A stretch of 61,818 bases of DNA, counting the filler, from Sphacelaria rigidula (Eukaryota), in the NCBI GenBank assembly GCA_964200075.2. It is 8 parts of 8 records of this genome, joined end to end, with 100 filler letters (N's around TTAATTAATTAA, not from the genome) between each part and the next. Parts side by side here need not be neighbours in the genome. Positions count along the whole stretch, not along the records: positions 46,441 to 54,079 come from CAXNAA020013981.1; positions 54,180 to 61,818 come from CAXNAA020013982.1; 6 more parts are not named here. One strand, written 5' to 3'. A program made the translations under genes and the position numbers. Below are positions 47,326 to 61,263 of the stretch, one piece after another (the stretch's first letter is position 1; each line of letters starts with the position of its first letter). The notes beneath the pieces are model-generated. The model had not been told where the DNA came from. It was given only the letters and a program-made list of their open reading frames with translations, and did no database searches.

Positions 47326-50300
47326 GCCGATTAGCCACAAAAAACCTGCAGACATATTTATATATATATACATGCAGGTAATATTTGTTGAGAGGCAATT
47401 ATCGAAACTTGGAGCCAAGCGAATCGTAAAAGTGGGCTAGACTTCACTCGATGGGGTGATGTAAAGTTTTCAAGACATGTGACGGCGATAGTGCCTGTTT
47501 GTGGACAAAAAACTGTTTCAAATGTCCCGAAGGTCCATATTACGACCCCACCCCAACTACTAATCGGAAGAAACGGTCCGACATAAGAAGTCTAGAGAAC
47601 AATTCGTTTTTATGGCAGAAAATGTCGCCATTTTGGAAGCGTGTAAAGAACAAAAACGCTGTCCTCAGGGCCGAAAGGGCTCGCCTTATTTGCTGATAAC
47701 GTCGACTGCCTGTATCGCGAATTCTACACAGCATTAGGATATACTTGAGGATCATTTGCCATGTTGCCCATACTGTACTAAACCGCTGTCATGTTCGGTG
47801 TTCGTTCCGCGATGGTGGTCGCCGTTCGTTGCCATACCGCCATGGCCTATATCGTCTACCGGGCTTTTTTTACAATGAATGCTTGTATCTGATTTATTAC
47901 ACAATGCACTAGAACGAATGAGTCGAGGGACAGCCTTCGAGCATGGAAGATTGTTGCGTAAGTAGCCGTCAGAAATCTCTACCCGTCAGATGTTCGGCTG
48001 TTTGAGAGTGGCACCATTTCACATCAGTGTGGTGTCAACAACGAAGAATGTTGTCCGAAGTTTGTGCTGACCATCTCTCCCCCCCCCTCGTTCATGTTTC
48101 TTCAGGTACGAGATGAAGTACATCGAGGAGCACTCCGACCTTCGGCGGGGTCAGCGCATCCTTCAGGTAATACCGCATCGCCGAGTTGTTTCTGATTTCA
48201 TCTAGGGCGAATGAAGCGCTGTTGGTTCCTAGGGAAAGTGTGTCGTTGGTAGACCTCAAATAGGCGCCTGTGGCGTGAATTTGGACGGAAATCCGTTCTG
48301 CGCACACTGGGAGCACACGGGACTGTGAAGCCCCGCTGAAGATCCGATTCTCGTTGTGCACACTCGAAGCAAGTAATGTTAGGTTGAAACCCAACTCCGG
48401 TCAACTCTACTGGTTGGTTCGATTGATTGGCAACTACTCGACGGTACTTTCGTGTGGTGGGTCGTCTACAATGCAGGCCCTCCGAGCATAACTCTGATGA
48501 TGCACACCCACGCTGGAGTTCCGTGTGGTGCGGATGATCGACTCTGCGCATGCCGATAGATAATTTTGTGGCCCCATTAACGTTGCGGTACTCAAGTCTT
48601 ACTGGGCCTGGATACTTGAACACTGTCAATGCCATCGCGCGAGACAAAACGCGAGGAAATCCGTTGCTGCTTCAACATCTCCCGATCTGTCGGCCGTCTC
48701 CGTGGTTTACGTCTTCTTGATTTACACTGCATATTCACCAAGATGGAAACCCTCTCTTGCCTATTTGCTACGATACCTGTATTGTAGCTGGCGTTGCCCC
48801 CCGCCGCCCTGCATACATGTGCTACTACGTATAGCAGTACGTATCACTCATACATTGCTTTATCACCCCCCTGAACAGAACCCTCGGAGGGTGTCTTGTC
48901 CGTCTATGTTGGTACCATCAGTACATGTGGTAGTTTACCGGGTACGTTGGATTCCACCTCCCCACCCCCTGAGTATCGCTGCCCAGGTGATTACCTTTTG
49001 AAATTCCCCGTTTCCCTGAAACATGTTGCCAGGGACAGGGGGGGAGCGTACTCAGTTGTTACTTCTAACCCTTGGTCTTTTGACCATCGACCACGGATCC
49101 CTTCCGGGACGGGGCGTACACATGGTGTCTTATTGTTACTGTATCTTGATTTCTAAAGGAAATGCACTGTCATCTGCAGTCCGCACCAACAAAGACACTT
49201 TTCCCCTTTTTGCTTCCCCATTGTCATCATCTAATGACTAATTCCAAGTTCCCATTTTTTCGCGTGTCCCTCATGATCCCTTTTTCCATGGGGTGTGTGT
49301 GCAAACAGGTCGCCTTCGGTAGCGGGTTCAAGTGCAACTCCGCGGTATGGATCTGTCTAAATCCCACCCAGAAGTAGACTGCATTTGTATGCGTGTGTAG
49401 CATGTGTGTTTTTATCGTTTGTGTCTACGCTGTGTCTTGTATATCTGGCTGCACGAAAGGGCATCGCAGTGCATTTATTAGAGCTGTCGAGGGATATCGT
49501 CATGGTAGTTGGTGCTCTTTGCTGAAAAGGAAGGGGCGCTTGAAACGGCCTTCATGGAAATGAGAAGGGGGTTGATGGGCGGTAATATGTTCCGCTTTCA
49601 TGTCGCTTGCGTCGCACACCTGTGCAAGCAACCTTGTCCGGTACAGACAGTTGAGAGACTCGTCGGGGGTATACTGAAATACCACCGTTCGAGCGAGTTT
49701 CACGAATGAACTGCAGTGTCCGGAGGCAACAATGGTTTTCGATATTTGAGGAATTTCTGCTAATAAGTGAATCTCCCTGGAAGGGGGGGGGGAGGAATTC
49801 TGATGGAGTAAAAGTTAGTCAAGTCGGTATTAGCTTGGTTTGCGTTGCCAGGTCCACCGCCGACGGTGACACGTTTTGTCGGAGACAGGTGGGGCCATCA
49901 TTCATGTGTTCAATTTACTGCTCGCCATGCCTCTCTTCTACTTGGGTTTTCCCGCGACTTATCATTGGCGGAGTTCACGACCATGTTGGTACGTTATTGC
50001 CGACAAGCATGATGCAGGACCTTCCGTCTTCCTCGAGGAACTGGGTGCAGTTATTCGTAGGTCTAGTCGCAGCCGTAGCTTGCACGGAAGCACCAGTGCC
50101 TGTCTGTCGCGATGTGTATGTGCCGGATGATTTGGGCTCAGTCAGGCAGTGGTGTTGTGTTGGGCAGTTGCCACGTATATTCTCCCAGTGCTTACTTTTT
50201 CTCTCCCTACAAAAAAGTGGGAAAATGCTCAGAAACGTCTAGTATTTTTACCGTAGTCTTGACAATAGAGTATTCGTGCTCCGACGAGCAGATGCAAATT

Positions 50301-50734
50301 ATTCACCTTTTTCGTTGTCCACAGGGCCAAGGCATGGCCTGGTGCCTGCCTTTTTGCAATGAAGGTTCAAAAACATTTTTTTCGTCGTCCTACATTGTAG
50401 TCGTGATTCGGTTACGGAGTTTAGAAAGGAACGTTTTGGGGGTGTCCCCTTGCCCACGCGCCGTTTCTAACGCAATTCTTGTGCTTCGCGAGAGCACGGT
50501 AATCCTGCTGCCGAAGAAGAGGCCTCTGTCGCCAGTCCTATTTTGCGGGTGCGACTTGAAACCTTTGCTCGCCAGGAGGTTTGACCTGTGAGCCCGTGCT
50601 GTGGTGTACTTCCCCCTTTCGCAATCTCTACAATGACCATGCGACGAAGTATAACTGATAGGGGTCGTTCGGATTCACCCAGATCATGCCATTGCCAGCT
50701 GTGTTTCCCGGTCTATGCCGTCGAGCGCCCCCTC

Positions 50735-51146
50735 CACCCCCCCTGGTCTGACCCCTCTCCGCACCCGCCCCCGAGTATGGGTATTCAGTGTGTGTGGGGC
50801 TTGGCACGCCAGTAAGTTCGAGATGCTTTGCAATGCATGTTTCGTATGGGTTTGTTTATTGAGTTGCTGCCGTCTGTCGTCACCCACGTCGGAACACGGA
50901 GCGCTTTCGACAATCGAGGTTCCCGACAGTTGAACGACCACCACCCCTCCATCCCCCCCTTGTCTGACGCCTCTCCGCGCCCACCCCCGAGCATGGGTAT
51001 TCAGTGTGTGTGGGGCTTGGCACACCAGTAAGTTCGAGATGGTCTGCAATGCATGTTTCGTATGGGCTTGTTTATTGAGTTGCTGCCGTCTGTCGTCACC
51101 CACGTCGGAACACGGAGCGCTTTCGACAATCGAGGTTCCCAATAGT
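50735..51146. repeat. Recent ~215-bp tandem direct repeat
   Basis: Two near-identical units (~50739-50931, ~50956-51147). Confidence 0.88.
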
Positions 51147-52980
51147 TCCAACGACACAAGTTTTTTGGGGGGAAACACAACCACGTTATGTTCGTCCGGG
51201 AGTTGAGTGCGGATTAAGAGTGGCTTTGAGCATACGCTTTAACTTGGACATTTTTTCATTCCGTGTGTGCTTTTCTTCGTCTCATCAGTGCCATTTGCTT
51301 ACAGCTACACGTTGATATCCTACTCAAGGGTATCGAGGGCCTCAGTGGCAAGCTACTAGAGAGAGAATATTGGGCCTGGTGGAGGTGCATTTCGGAAGTA
51401 AACCGGCTTACTCACTAATGGACCGCTTTTTACTCTCAATCACACCTTCAACTCTCGATTTAACGAAAACGTTGTTCTTGGTCGTGTGGTGTGGTTGGCG
51501 CGGTATCCTTGATTTGTGTGGGGAAAAAGTTTGTCCTGTCCGTCGTTGAGACCCTGTGAACAACATGAAAATGCTTGAGATATCTGGTGGATATCTCATC
51601 GAGGATATATACACAACAGGGGATTCTGAAATATGGGAACAAGCTGTTCGTATGGGAACGAATGCAGGCGGGAATAGTTCGGAATGCAGGCTGCTTTACC
51701 CTTGTCACCCAAAATTGCGTCATCAGCAAACGCCATCCGTGATACCTACCCGACAGTTGCATACATGATACCATACTGACCGCCATGGACAGCTGAGGAG
51801 CGTGATATAGCCGATTTGGGTTTCCCATGTTTTTCCAATTTTCAATTTGGTTGTTTCAGGCTATTCCAGATTCGGCATTGGATTTTTGTGACAGAAGAAT
51901 AAGCAGAACTTTTCGAGAACTGCTCAAAACGTGACCCCATTATCTGGAGTACAGTGTGGTACACTGAACACAACACAATTCTGCAGTGGTGTATGGAGTA
52001 CAGAGAACTACACTAAACACAAGAAAAGACAGCAGTTCTGCTGTGTTTTTAGTTTTAGAACCTGAAGACGGACTGCATGCAGTATGCATCAGCTTCTCCT
52101 GTTGCAAAATTAACAGTGTCCAGCTGCTGCTGCTGTACTTCTACGACAACAGAGCAATATCTTTTCCTTTGAGGCCCCAGGCCGAAAAGGGTCCTACTGG
52201 ACCGAAATTCAAGAAGTGTCGTCCCTGTCCGTCTGCTCTCACAACGAAGCTGTGGACCACGCACTTTTTTTCCCGAACGGATTCGAAGCCGCGCTGCGCG
52301 AAAAAATCATCCCATTGCTCTTCTAACATCAATCGAGATGCCCTCGACAAGTTTCAGCTTCATTGGTGCTCATGGCGTTGTGTTTCGCTTCTGTCTGTGA
52401 GCGGTCTCAAGAACAGCCCAACTCGACCTCTCTTGACCACCGCTGCTCTTGATTGAACTTCTCAGACTTGGCTGTCGCAACTTCAAACGAGGCACTTTTG
52501 GAGGTTGGAGGCATCACACGCAGCAACCGGCTCTCCGAATCACTTTAAACATCCTCAAAAAGGTTCAGCTTCATTGTTGCTTTCTTCGTTGCCTTCGCTT
52601 GTGCGTGTCGACGAAGTCCGTGGCTGAGATGGGAGATGGTGTTGAAGTACGTGATCTGATTGATTCGAACTACTCTCCGTGTGTCGACTGTCGACAAATG
52701 GTGAACGTACGGGCGGTTCTGGTCGCAACGTCCGCGGGCGGCGGAGACGTCTCTCGGCTTCCACAGTGACAAATGGACACTGTACAGGTGCGACTTTGCA
52801 CTGCTGAACTGTCTGTGCTTGCAGAGCTGCGCTGCGCACGGGGTTTGACAAGCGGATAAGAAGTGTTGACGCCGTATCCTTGTGCGATGATAATTTTCTG
52901 CTGCGCTACTGTCCGTGTATGTTGTCGTCCCATCCATTTTGGTGGTTGGCATCAAGGCACATATGTTCGAACTTCGTGTA

Positions 52981-53232
52981 GTGTGCGTGTTGTCGTCCCA
53001 TCTATTCTGGACGCCGGTCTACACCTTTCGGTATATGTGGGCGCATCAGCTGGGGTCACACAGGAGGAAGGTCAACACAGGAGTGTTTTTTTTTTTGTTT
53101 GTTTTTTGTACTCCACCATCCTTCTGCGGTGCTTGTCTTTATTTTTTATCGCGAGAGCGGTTCAGCAGTGCCTTTCCCTCGTTGACCGTAGAGTCGAATT
53201 TTGTGTACCCACGACAAGGTCGCTCTCCACGG
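52981..53232 (-). mobile_element. SINE family A, 5'-truncated (extra tail-only fragment at ~52915-52942)
   Basis: Body and tail homology. Confidence 0.8.
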
Positions 53233-54723
53233 CAGTATGGACTTGTATCTCCTCAAGAAAAGAGGCGTCCCTATATCCCCACTCATCACGTCAAAACGTT
53301 CCATGTCGTCTGTATGTGGTTCAACCGGCCAGGTGACCGCCCCTTCCCACCACCACCCGCAAAACTTATGCATGAAGGACAGAGAAAACGGCAAACACAC
53401 TCTGGCCTTGTACAAACAGTAGGTACAACAGAAGGAGCAGTTCAATATTATTTAGGATCGGTCTTCTATCGTATACGACTCATATCTAATTATTTTTCAT
53501 TTATGACGAGCAGGAATGATGAGCACTCCACAGCGGTGCAGCATTGGCTGTTGTGTTGTTTTGTGGTTTATGCGCGCGAGACTTTCTACATCAGAGTCAA
53601 GGTATATTGGTTGTCATATTTGTGGATACATTGACCTACTCAGAACGACACAGGGGCCGATACGAGTGGATGGGTTGTAACATGAGTGCTGACATAGAGT
53701 GCTGACATTGATGGGAATCCACTCGATTTTTGTTTTGCAGGGTCATGCTGGTAAAGTACAGTACAATAATGATGTACCTCGAAGTATGTTTCGTTTCTTG
53801 AGATACAAGCAACAGTACATGCTGTTGTACCAACATGTGTCTTGATGTCAACCCCCCTACGCATCAAGTGTATGCGGGGACCGGCGAGGTCGCCCGAAAC
53901 ACGACAACGAGGAACAGCAGCAGTCTTAAAGCCGGTACCATGGCACCAGCGCAACATCTATGTAGACTGTACAGTTTGTAGTGCCCAGGATCAGTACAAC
54001 ACACGCTACAGCAAATAACAGGGTTGCCAGAAAAATGAGAAGGTATTTTGAAATGAGAATCCACCGCTCCCCGGGATTGNNNNNNNNNNNNNNNNNNNNN
54101 NNNNNNNNNNNNNNNNNNNNNNNTTAATTAATTAANNNNNNNNNNNNNNNNNNNNNNNNNNNNNNNNNNNNNNNNNNNNCGTTTTGACGTTGGTTGCACT
54201 TTTGCTATGCGAGCATAGCTGGCCTAGTATTGGTCGGAGATGACCTTCCATTAGCCACATCGCGCTGTTTGCGATCTCCGGTGGCAGTTCCACTACCATT
54301 GACGGCCAGTCACCAACCATGGGGGGGGAGGGGGGTTCAGGCTCCGGTTTCCGCCTTGACCTATCAGCTGCGCCGCAGAAACGACGTTTTCGTGATATGT
54401 CCGGTTCGCAGGTATATTGCGATTATATCGTCAGATCGCTTGCGCCGGTTCGCCGATAAGCGGAGCACCGTGTATGTTTCCCGATGCAAAACCCCATTTA
54501 TTTTGGAAGCCCGAAAAATTGCCATGCCAACACCAAGTAACCAGTACCGCCGAGATAAAAACTCGCGAGAAAGCTTCCCCACACCATCAAGAACTACGAA
54601 ATACATCAACTGCATACGGTGTGTCCCAAGCTCCACAGCAGTGGAGCGACGTGGACAGGAGACGTCAGCACAAGAGGATCATGGCTCGTGCATCGACAGT
54701 CTCGATTCTTATTTCATTCTCAC

Positions 54724-56447
54724 CTCCAATGTCGCTGTACTCTTCGGTGGGTTTTTCATCGACCTCCATGGCCTTGACACGATTGTCGTACTCCGCAGGA
54801 AGCTTCTCCAGGATGAGGTAGCTGTCTTTGTTCGTGCCCACCAGATCGCCGGGCGTTAGCTGATTGGTGGGCACAAGTCCCGGCACTGGAAGGTAGATCG
54901 TCTGAAGGCACCAACACACAAAATGGACAAAATCTCGAGAAATTAATTGCATCAAAACTGACAAGCCCCAACTCTGAAAGTAACGATGGTGCCACCTCCA
55001 CATGAGCGTCTCGTTCAACGTGCAAGGCGTGTCAATGCTGCCAACCAGCAGCTCTTAGCCGATGGCATCCCGTCTTTGAATGCACTGAGAGAGATGCGGC
55101 ATCTATTACCCAGTCCGAGACAGCCTACGCTGAGCCGACTATAGTCAGCCTCGACCATCACTAGCAGTGTGCACAGCGAAAGTTATTTGCACCTTGTACT
55201 GCGAGAATACTCCATCACCTGCCGGGTTGACGTCTTCATTACTGCACTCTTGGCCTGTCTGGTGGCATCGATGTCCTGAGCTCCCCCATCTTCCTCCTCT
55301 TCCGGATCCTCTTCAGGGTCCAAAATCTGAAAAATTCAACGCACAGGCAACACGAGACGACACCAGTATGCAAAAACAAAGGACGGTCATCAATAAGCGG
55401 GACAGGGTATCCAAACCCACAAGATCAGATCATGTTAATATGCTCACTACACTTTTTTCTTCTTCACACGTGAACCTCTTCCCTTCCTCGGGATGAGTCG
55501 GTGGTCTCGAGGGACTAAGCCATATCTCCCCCGGTACGCGCCTTTCATTTCGATCTCGCGGGTTGGGTCAGCACTCCCGCACCGCGTCATCTCACGTCAC
55601 ACGAACCCAGTCGACTACTTTGTTTACTCACGTTCTCACGCTTTCCACGGTGGAAAACAGATATTTCGAAGCAAAAACTCAACGCATCGGGAGTCGAACC
55701 CCCGTTCTCTCCACCCTGATGGCGACAGTCGGACCATTACACCATCGGGGCGAAACTAGAACCCCCGCCAGCTTGCACTAGTCTCACGCTTCACGACATA
55801 CAGGGCCGCTCAACATGCTTACTCCGAAAGAGCAGCATGTGTGATGTTGGCTGCAATCACAACTCCACATCTTCTCAACCTGATCCTCACCTCCACCACA
55901 TTTCCGACAAGCCATGGCAACTGCTTGTTGAGCTTTATCTTCTCTTTGTTCTCCTTGATTTTGTCTCTCTGCAGCACCATAAACACAAGAGAAGCCGCGT
56001 TAGTCATCATCATCACGGAGAAAAATAGGCTAATCGCAGACCCACGAAATCGCAGCACGAAACGGGACTCAAGTGTGACGAGTGAGCTGAAAACAACTCC
56101 CAGCGCTCCAAAAAGCAGCCATCACACACGACATCGCGACTTCTTGAAGTATGCAAACCGTACAAACATTAGGAGCAATCACGAAGAGATCTACTACAGC
56201 AATACCGCTTTCGTCAAGGGCATCTTGACGCTACAACTGAAACTGCAACGTGAAGCAATATCCACGTTTTGATTGTCAGCTTTCATGAAATCTAGTGATG
56301 ACAATACTGTCAGCTCCCGCATGAGATAAGAGTGTGCGAGCTCACCTGAGTCCCGCTCTCGTGTCGGATGCGGTCGATGTCGCTCCGCATGATACGAATC
56401 TCATTATCCAACAGACGCATCCGCTGTCGCAGCTCCTCTGCCCCCAT
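54724..56447 (-). CDS. RPT5: 26S proteasome regulatory ATPase subunit 6A (RPT5/TBP-1), partial (4 exons)
   Basis: Exons 56447-56346 ([23 protein letters not shown]), 55968-55891 ([25 protein letters not shown]), 55326-55219 ([15 protein letters not shown]...KTSTRQ), 54901-54724 ([10 protein letters not shown]...[43 protein letters not shown]); GT-AG and phases consistent. Confidence 0.95.
55475..55754 (-). mobile_element. SINE family C, in RPT5 intron
   Basis: A box TGGTGTAATGG, B box GGTTCGACTCC, purine-rich tail CCCGAGGAAGGGAAGAGG. Confidence 0.78.
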
Positions 56448-59031
56448 CTACATATGAAACAATGATGATGCAAGGAATGGTGATCATCAGCAAGGGTCAA
56501 ACCATTCCGTTTTTTTTTTTCACTAGGCAGGCACTCTTGCCGGAGTGGCGTTGACGCCCCCATTGATTTCGCTGTCTAGTAACCAGTTGGGGGCTAAACA
56601 TGCACAAACGCTCAGCTACTCCACAACAGGTGGTTACATGTAGCATCTTGTGCTACTTGAACCTTCGATCGCCCATGCTACTTTTCTCAACTTTTTGTCC
56701 CCGACAGTGTCGCGAGAGTAAACTGAGATTTGAAGCGTGGAACTCCAGGCGTATACTAAAACTGAAGTAGCATGGACGGTTGACACGAACGCACAACAAT
56801 AAGAAGGTCAGCCAGCAAGCGTGCAGCAGACTTTCGATGTGGTTGAGGGAGGCGGGTGCACATATATTTCATCATAAGTCATTCTGCTGTGCATGCCAAC
56901 ATCGTCCAACTTGCATGACCACGTGCTGCTGACGCGTTCATCGCTACTGCACTGTTGCGCTATACTTTGATGGCAATGTGCGGCTGGCTATGGCTTGCGT
57001 ACGAACCATTACTACGCGCGGCATATGCGCAGTACCGACATTCTCCATTCAGGCTTCGTCTGTTGAAACAAACGCGATCACGCGGTAGCCCCGTCAAAAA
57101 AAGTTCTACCGACTGATGTCCGCCTGGGGATTCAGGGGCCACGAGCCCATGTGTGGAGAGAAAGCTTCGCGCGACATCTGAAACGCAGTTACAATTTATT
57201 GGGCGATGGTTTCGACTGTATCGTACGAAATTTGTGAGGGTTTGTCGACCCATGTGTGCCGACATGTTTTGAAAGCAAACGTCGGCTGATCCAGTGATGC
57301 TTCTTTGCATCAGTTCGACAGTAACGACTCGAGAGGGAACATTAACAAGTACTCCATACGATATCGAACACACGGATCCACTAACCATTTTGGGACCGGA
57401 CCCCTACTAACACAGGGTTGATACTGTGTTAGTGGAATAATAAAAAAAAAGTCCTCGAGTGACCTGCCCAATCACGGCGAGGCGAAATTTATCGACCAGA
57501 CTGGAACGACCAGTGCGGGGATTGTTGTCGAGTGTGATGTCACCGCAAAAATCGTGTGGGGGCCCTATCCCTGGCCCAGATAAGCCTTCCCAGGTTTCCA
57601 AGTGCAGGGTGGTCGCAGCTTGGTTTTATGGTAATACTTGCTCTCAGTATACCGTTCCCGAGTTTTTCCGGAGTGTTTTGGGTTCCAATTATATACTGAA
57701 ACGTAGTAATTTACACCAACACAGGGTGGACCGGAAAAAAACGGGAAGGAGTGTACATGCCGCCATGTGGTCATTTCCACGAAGCACAAAATCCAGGTGG
57801 GCTGTGGAAAGACAAAAGAAGCTACCGTAATGAATTCTGCGTATCCCTCTACCGATGACTTGCAGTGTGCAGTCCACATGTATGTAGTGGACGGGGATGA
57901 CAAAGCTGTATATAGGCAGCTGATTGCGGTAGCTGAGAATTGCTCAGAACGTGCAAGGGAGTATGCAGCGGCAGCTGCTCCTTCAGTCGGAGAGGCGTAC
58001 TACACTGTACTGTACTATACTGCTGTATGAGTGCGCGCCGCAACGCTGATACCCTTCGAAGAGAATTGGCCGCATGCAACAAGGGGGGAAATGGCGGCCC
58101 ACCCCAACCACGAAGGGATGTGTGGCAAGGTGATGGAGACAAGAGTATTATCCAGAGCCATAAGTGGCGGGCGGCCCGCCGGTCGCCGCATCCTGCTGGA
58201 AACTCTCTACCGCGACCCATACTGCTTGCTACGAGTACATCAGATGTACACCACCTAATGCGCACCCTGCACCTGAAAATAGATTGGATAAAACTTTCGG
58301 TCTTCGTCACAACCCNNNNNNNNNNCAGACACGTCATTCCTGACCAGCCTCATCGGTCGTTCCGGAGGCCCGATCCCAAAGGAGTTAACCTTGCTCCAGT
58401 GGAGAGGCGAGAACATCTTCCGGTAAATCATTACAGTGAAAACGTAACGCGGTCTTTTATTCATTGATCCATGGATTGATTGATCATCGCACATTAAACC
58501 TTCTGGAAGGGGGGATGAAAAGGTGTGGATTTCGACGTGCTGGTTTTTGCACGACGTGATTGAGTTTTGATAGCAGCTTTCACGCAAAAATATTCGCCTG
58601 AGGCGTGTTTTTCGGACCCGTGAAAAAATGTGCCCCAGCGCGTTACGGGATTCAGTACAAGGAAAATAGAAAGGTGATGCCGACTTTAGTTTGTATAAAA
58701 TTCAAGCACGCAAGTCTTGATTTTAGTTGTGTGCACAAACTTGAACAAATTTGACCCGTTGCATCTCCTCACTAGACAAAACGTATCCGATCGCATCAGG
58801 GTGATATCTTCATTGCGTGCGTGACGTGTGCTCATGGAGTAAAAATGGTTGCCGTCGGTCTTTTTCGTTCCCATGTTCTCTTCTTTGCTAGCGCTTGAAA
58901 GAATGAGGCGTCTGGCCCAGGGACGGAAGGGGAGGACAAAGGGTTAACTGATCCTATTATAGAGGGACCCAGCCGTGGTCACAAGATGGGCGTACTCAAG
59001 GTAAACAAAACGGAAGCGCTTGCAAAAGAAG

Positions 59032-59384
59032 TGTGTGTGTTGTCCCATCTATTCTGAGCGCCAGTCTACCCGTTTCGGAATATGTCGGCGCACCAGCCGG
59101 GGTCACACAGGAGGAAGGTCAACACTGAAGTTTTTTCTTTTTCAATCGTTTTTAGTACCCCCCCTTCCTTTTGCGGTGCTTGCCGTTCTTTTTTAAGGCG
59201 AGAGGAGATCAGCAGTCCCTTTCCCTCGTCGACCATTAGGTCGAATTTTGTGTACCCCACGACATGGTCGCTCTCCACTGTTGGGCATGGTGTGAGAAAA
59301 AAGTCCAGATCGCTCCGGGAATTGAACCCATTACCCAACCGTCAGAAGGTTTCAAAGCTACCAACTGAGGCACCGGGCGACCGG
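59032..59384 (-). mobile_element. SINE family A, full length
   Basis: Head, body and (CA)n tail. Confidence 0.85.
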
Positions 59385-59390
59385 CTTCAA

Positions 59391-59487
59391 CCCTTAGACC
59401 GCGAGGTTAGTCTTCTGTTGAATCGGCGTCAATTCCAAGTAAAAAAAGTATGCATGATCCAGAAAGACTAATCTCGCGGTCTCAGGG
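59391..59487. mobile_element. Second copy of the ~100-bp piggyBac-like MITE
   Basis: CCCTTAGACCGCGAG...CTCGCGGTCTCAGGG; internal homology to 5717-5817; flanks TCAA/TTGA. Confidence 0.68.
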
Positions 59488-59555
59488 TTGAAGCCGGCTT
59501 TTATCGAAGGGGACTTTCCCTCTTTTAAAAAATCTCCTCATTCCAAAACGACCGC

Positions 59556-60048
59556 TGTTTAGGCCGGATGGTATGGCAAAGATATTTTTGGCCCACGGAT
59601 TGTTCACTTTTGGGACGTTTGAGCCACTTTTTGACCCCCAAACAGGGAAAATCGCCAACATACGTCTTGGACACTTTGCATCACTTCACAGAGAGGAGCC
59701 CAGCCCACTTTGCAGATTCGCTTGGCTCAAAGGTTTCGGGAGCAGCCGCGGAACCAAAATCGTGTGCAATCAACTCTACGGCGATATTTACAGGATATTG
59801 GGCAAACTGGTGAGGGTCGGCAAGCACAGATTTTTGCACACGAATTATTGTTCAGCGGAAAATCTTGAAACCTCGGAGCCAAGCGAATCTGAAAAGCAGA
59901 CCACGCTCCTCTTAGTGGGGTGATGCAAAGTGTCCGAGACGTGTGTCAGCGATTTTCCCTGCTTGGGGGTCAAAAGGTGGGTCAAACGTCGCAAAAGTGA
60001 ACAATCCGTGGGCCAAGAATCTGGTTGCCGTAACATCCGACCTAACAC
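59556..60048. mobile_element. Foldback element (~490 bp, ~200-bp imperfect arms)
   Basis: GGCCCACGGATTGTTCACTTT ... AAAGTGAACAATCCGTGGGCC; single-arm relatives at ~5860-5955 and ~47400-47535. Confidence 0.8.
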
Positions 60049-60797
60049 ACAAGTAATTTTGTGAAAGACACGACACTCGACGAAAAGTACCGCCTCGAGC
60101 CACCGAACGCTAGTGGTTTTAATGTTCAGCGACTAGAGACGATTGATTATAAAAGCTTTTGAAATGACCGGCATGCACAGCACAGGTGGGGGCACAACCC
60201 CAACATCGAGCGGGCTTCCAACAACTCGTGACAAAAAGAGAGGATGGTTGTGGACATGCTTCATACTTTTTACTACCTCCTCCCCAGTACAATCACAAAA
60301 ACACATACGACTACAAACCCCTCAGCGAAAATCATACACTGTCTCTCCCCTGTCCCTACCGTGTTACGCTACAAATTCCTAGGCCCTCCGAAGCAATAAT
60401 CGCCCGCTCCCACGAAGCACGGCCACTACAAAATGAGATATCACAACGATCAACATGTAGTTTTAAAACGACAAAAAAAACATGTACGATACATCTCCCC
60501 TCACCTAACTTTCCCGGGATCACTCCCCCACATGCGTGCGTATGCAAAATTGGACAATTACCTCGAAAACGTTCTTCTCTCGCCTCGAGGAGCATAAATG
60601 CAACGACGTGCACAACCCCCGCGCCCGCAACATCCCGTTTTACGTTCAACCATCTGATTGACGAAATATATATATATATATCAACAGAATACGTACTTTC
60701 AACGACCAACGACCAACCACCAAAAATACCCAACTGGCGGCGCCGCGAAAAAAGTCGTCAACAATCTAGGCTAAAAATTACGTACTACTGGGTAAGA

Positions 60798-61106
60798 TCA
60801 TACTCCATTAGCTGCTACCACAGTACCCGCTTGTCGTGCCGATGGGACAACATCGTCCCCGCCTGCTACTGGCGCTGGTTTTGACAATGCTCCCGATGCT
60901 GCTACAGCCGACTTGCTAACGTCACCACCCTTGGTAGTAATACTGTTGGTAGCGGGCTTCGGAGCAGTGGTGCCCGTTGCAGGTGCACCAGCCACAGACA
61001 CAGATGATGACGATAGTGCAGGCGGTACTCCTGATGGTGCTCCTGTGGCAGCAGCAGCCGGCGGGTCGGCGGCAGGAGGCGCTGGCTTCTCGTATATGCC
61101 GCAGTT
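60798..61106 (-). CDS. Probable terminal exon encoding an A/P/S/T-rich low-complexity tail of an unidentified protein
   Basis: Strong pyrimidine tract + CAG acceptor at 61107-61108 (minus), open frame NCGIYEKPAPPAADPP...AANGV* to TGA. Confidence 0.5.
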   Translation of the reverse strand, partial: NCGIYEKPAPPAADPPAAAATGAPSGVPPALSSSSVSVAGAPATGTTAPKPATNSITTKGGDVSKSAVAASGALSKPAPVAGGDDVVPSARQAGTVVAANGV

Positions 61107-61263
61107 CTGAAGATGAAGGTGTGCGGGGCCGGAGAGGGGGGAGGGAGAGGAAGGAGGAGTTTCGGCATTCTGCAAACATACTAGCTACCGTATTTCAAGC
61201 CTTATTTCGTATACCCTCGTACTATAATAGCCTCTTTATCCTCTACAGGGTGGGAAAGGGGAG

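Noticed and set aside
52863..53634. 157- and 239-aa ORFs; similar peptides at 839-1256, 3758-4188, 24290-24696, 59066-59471
   Set aside because: Chance translations of SINE A
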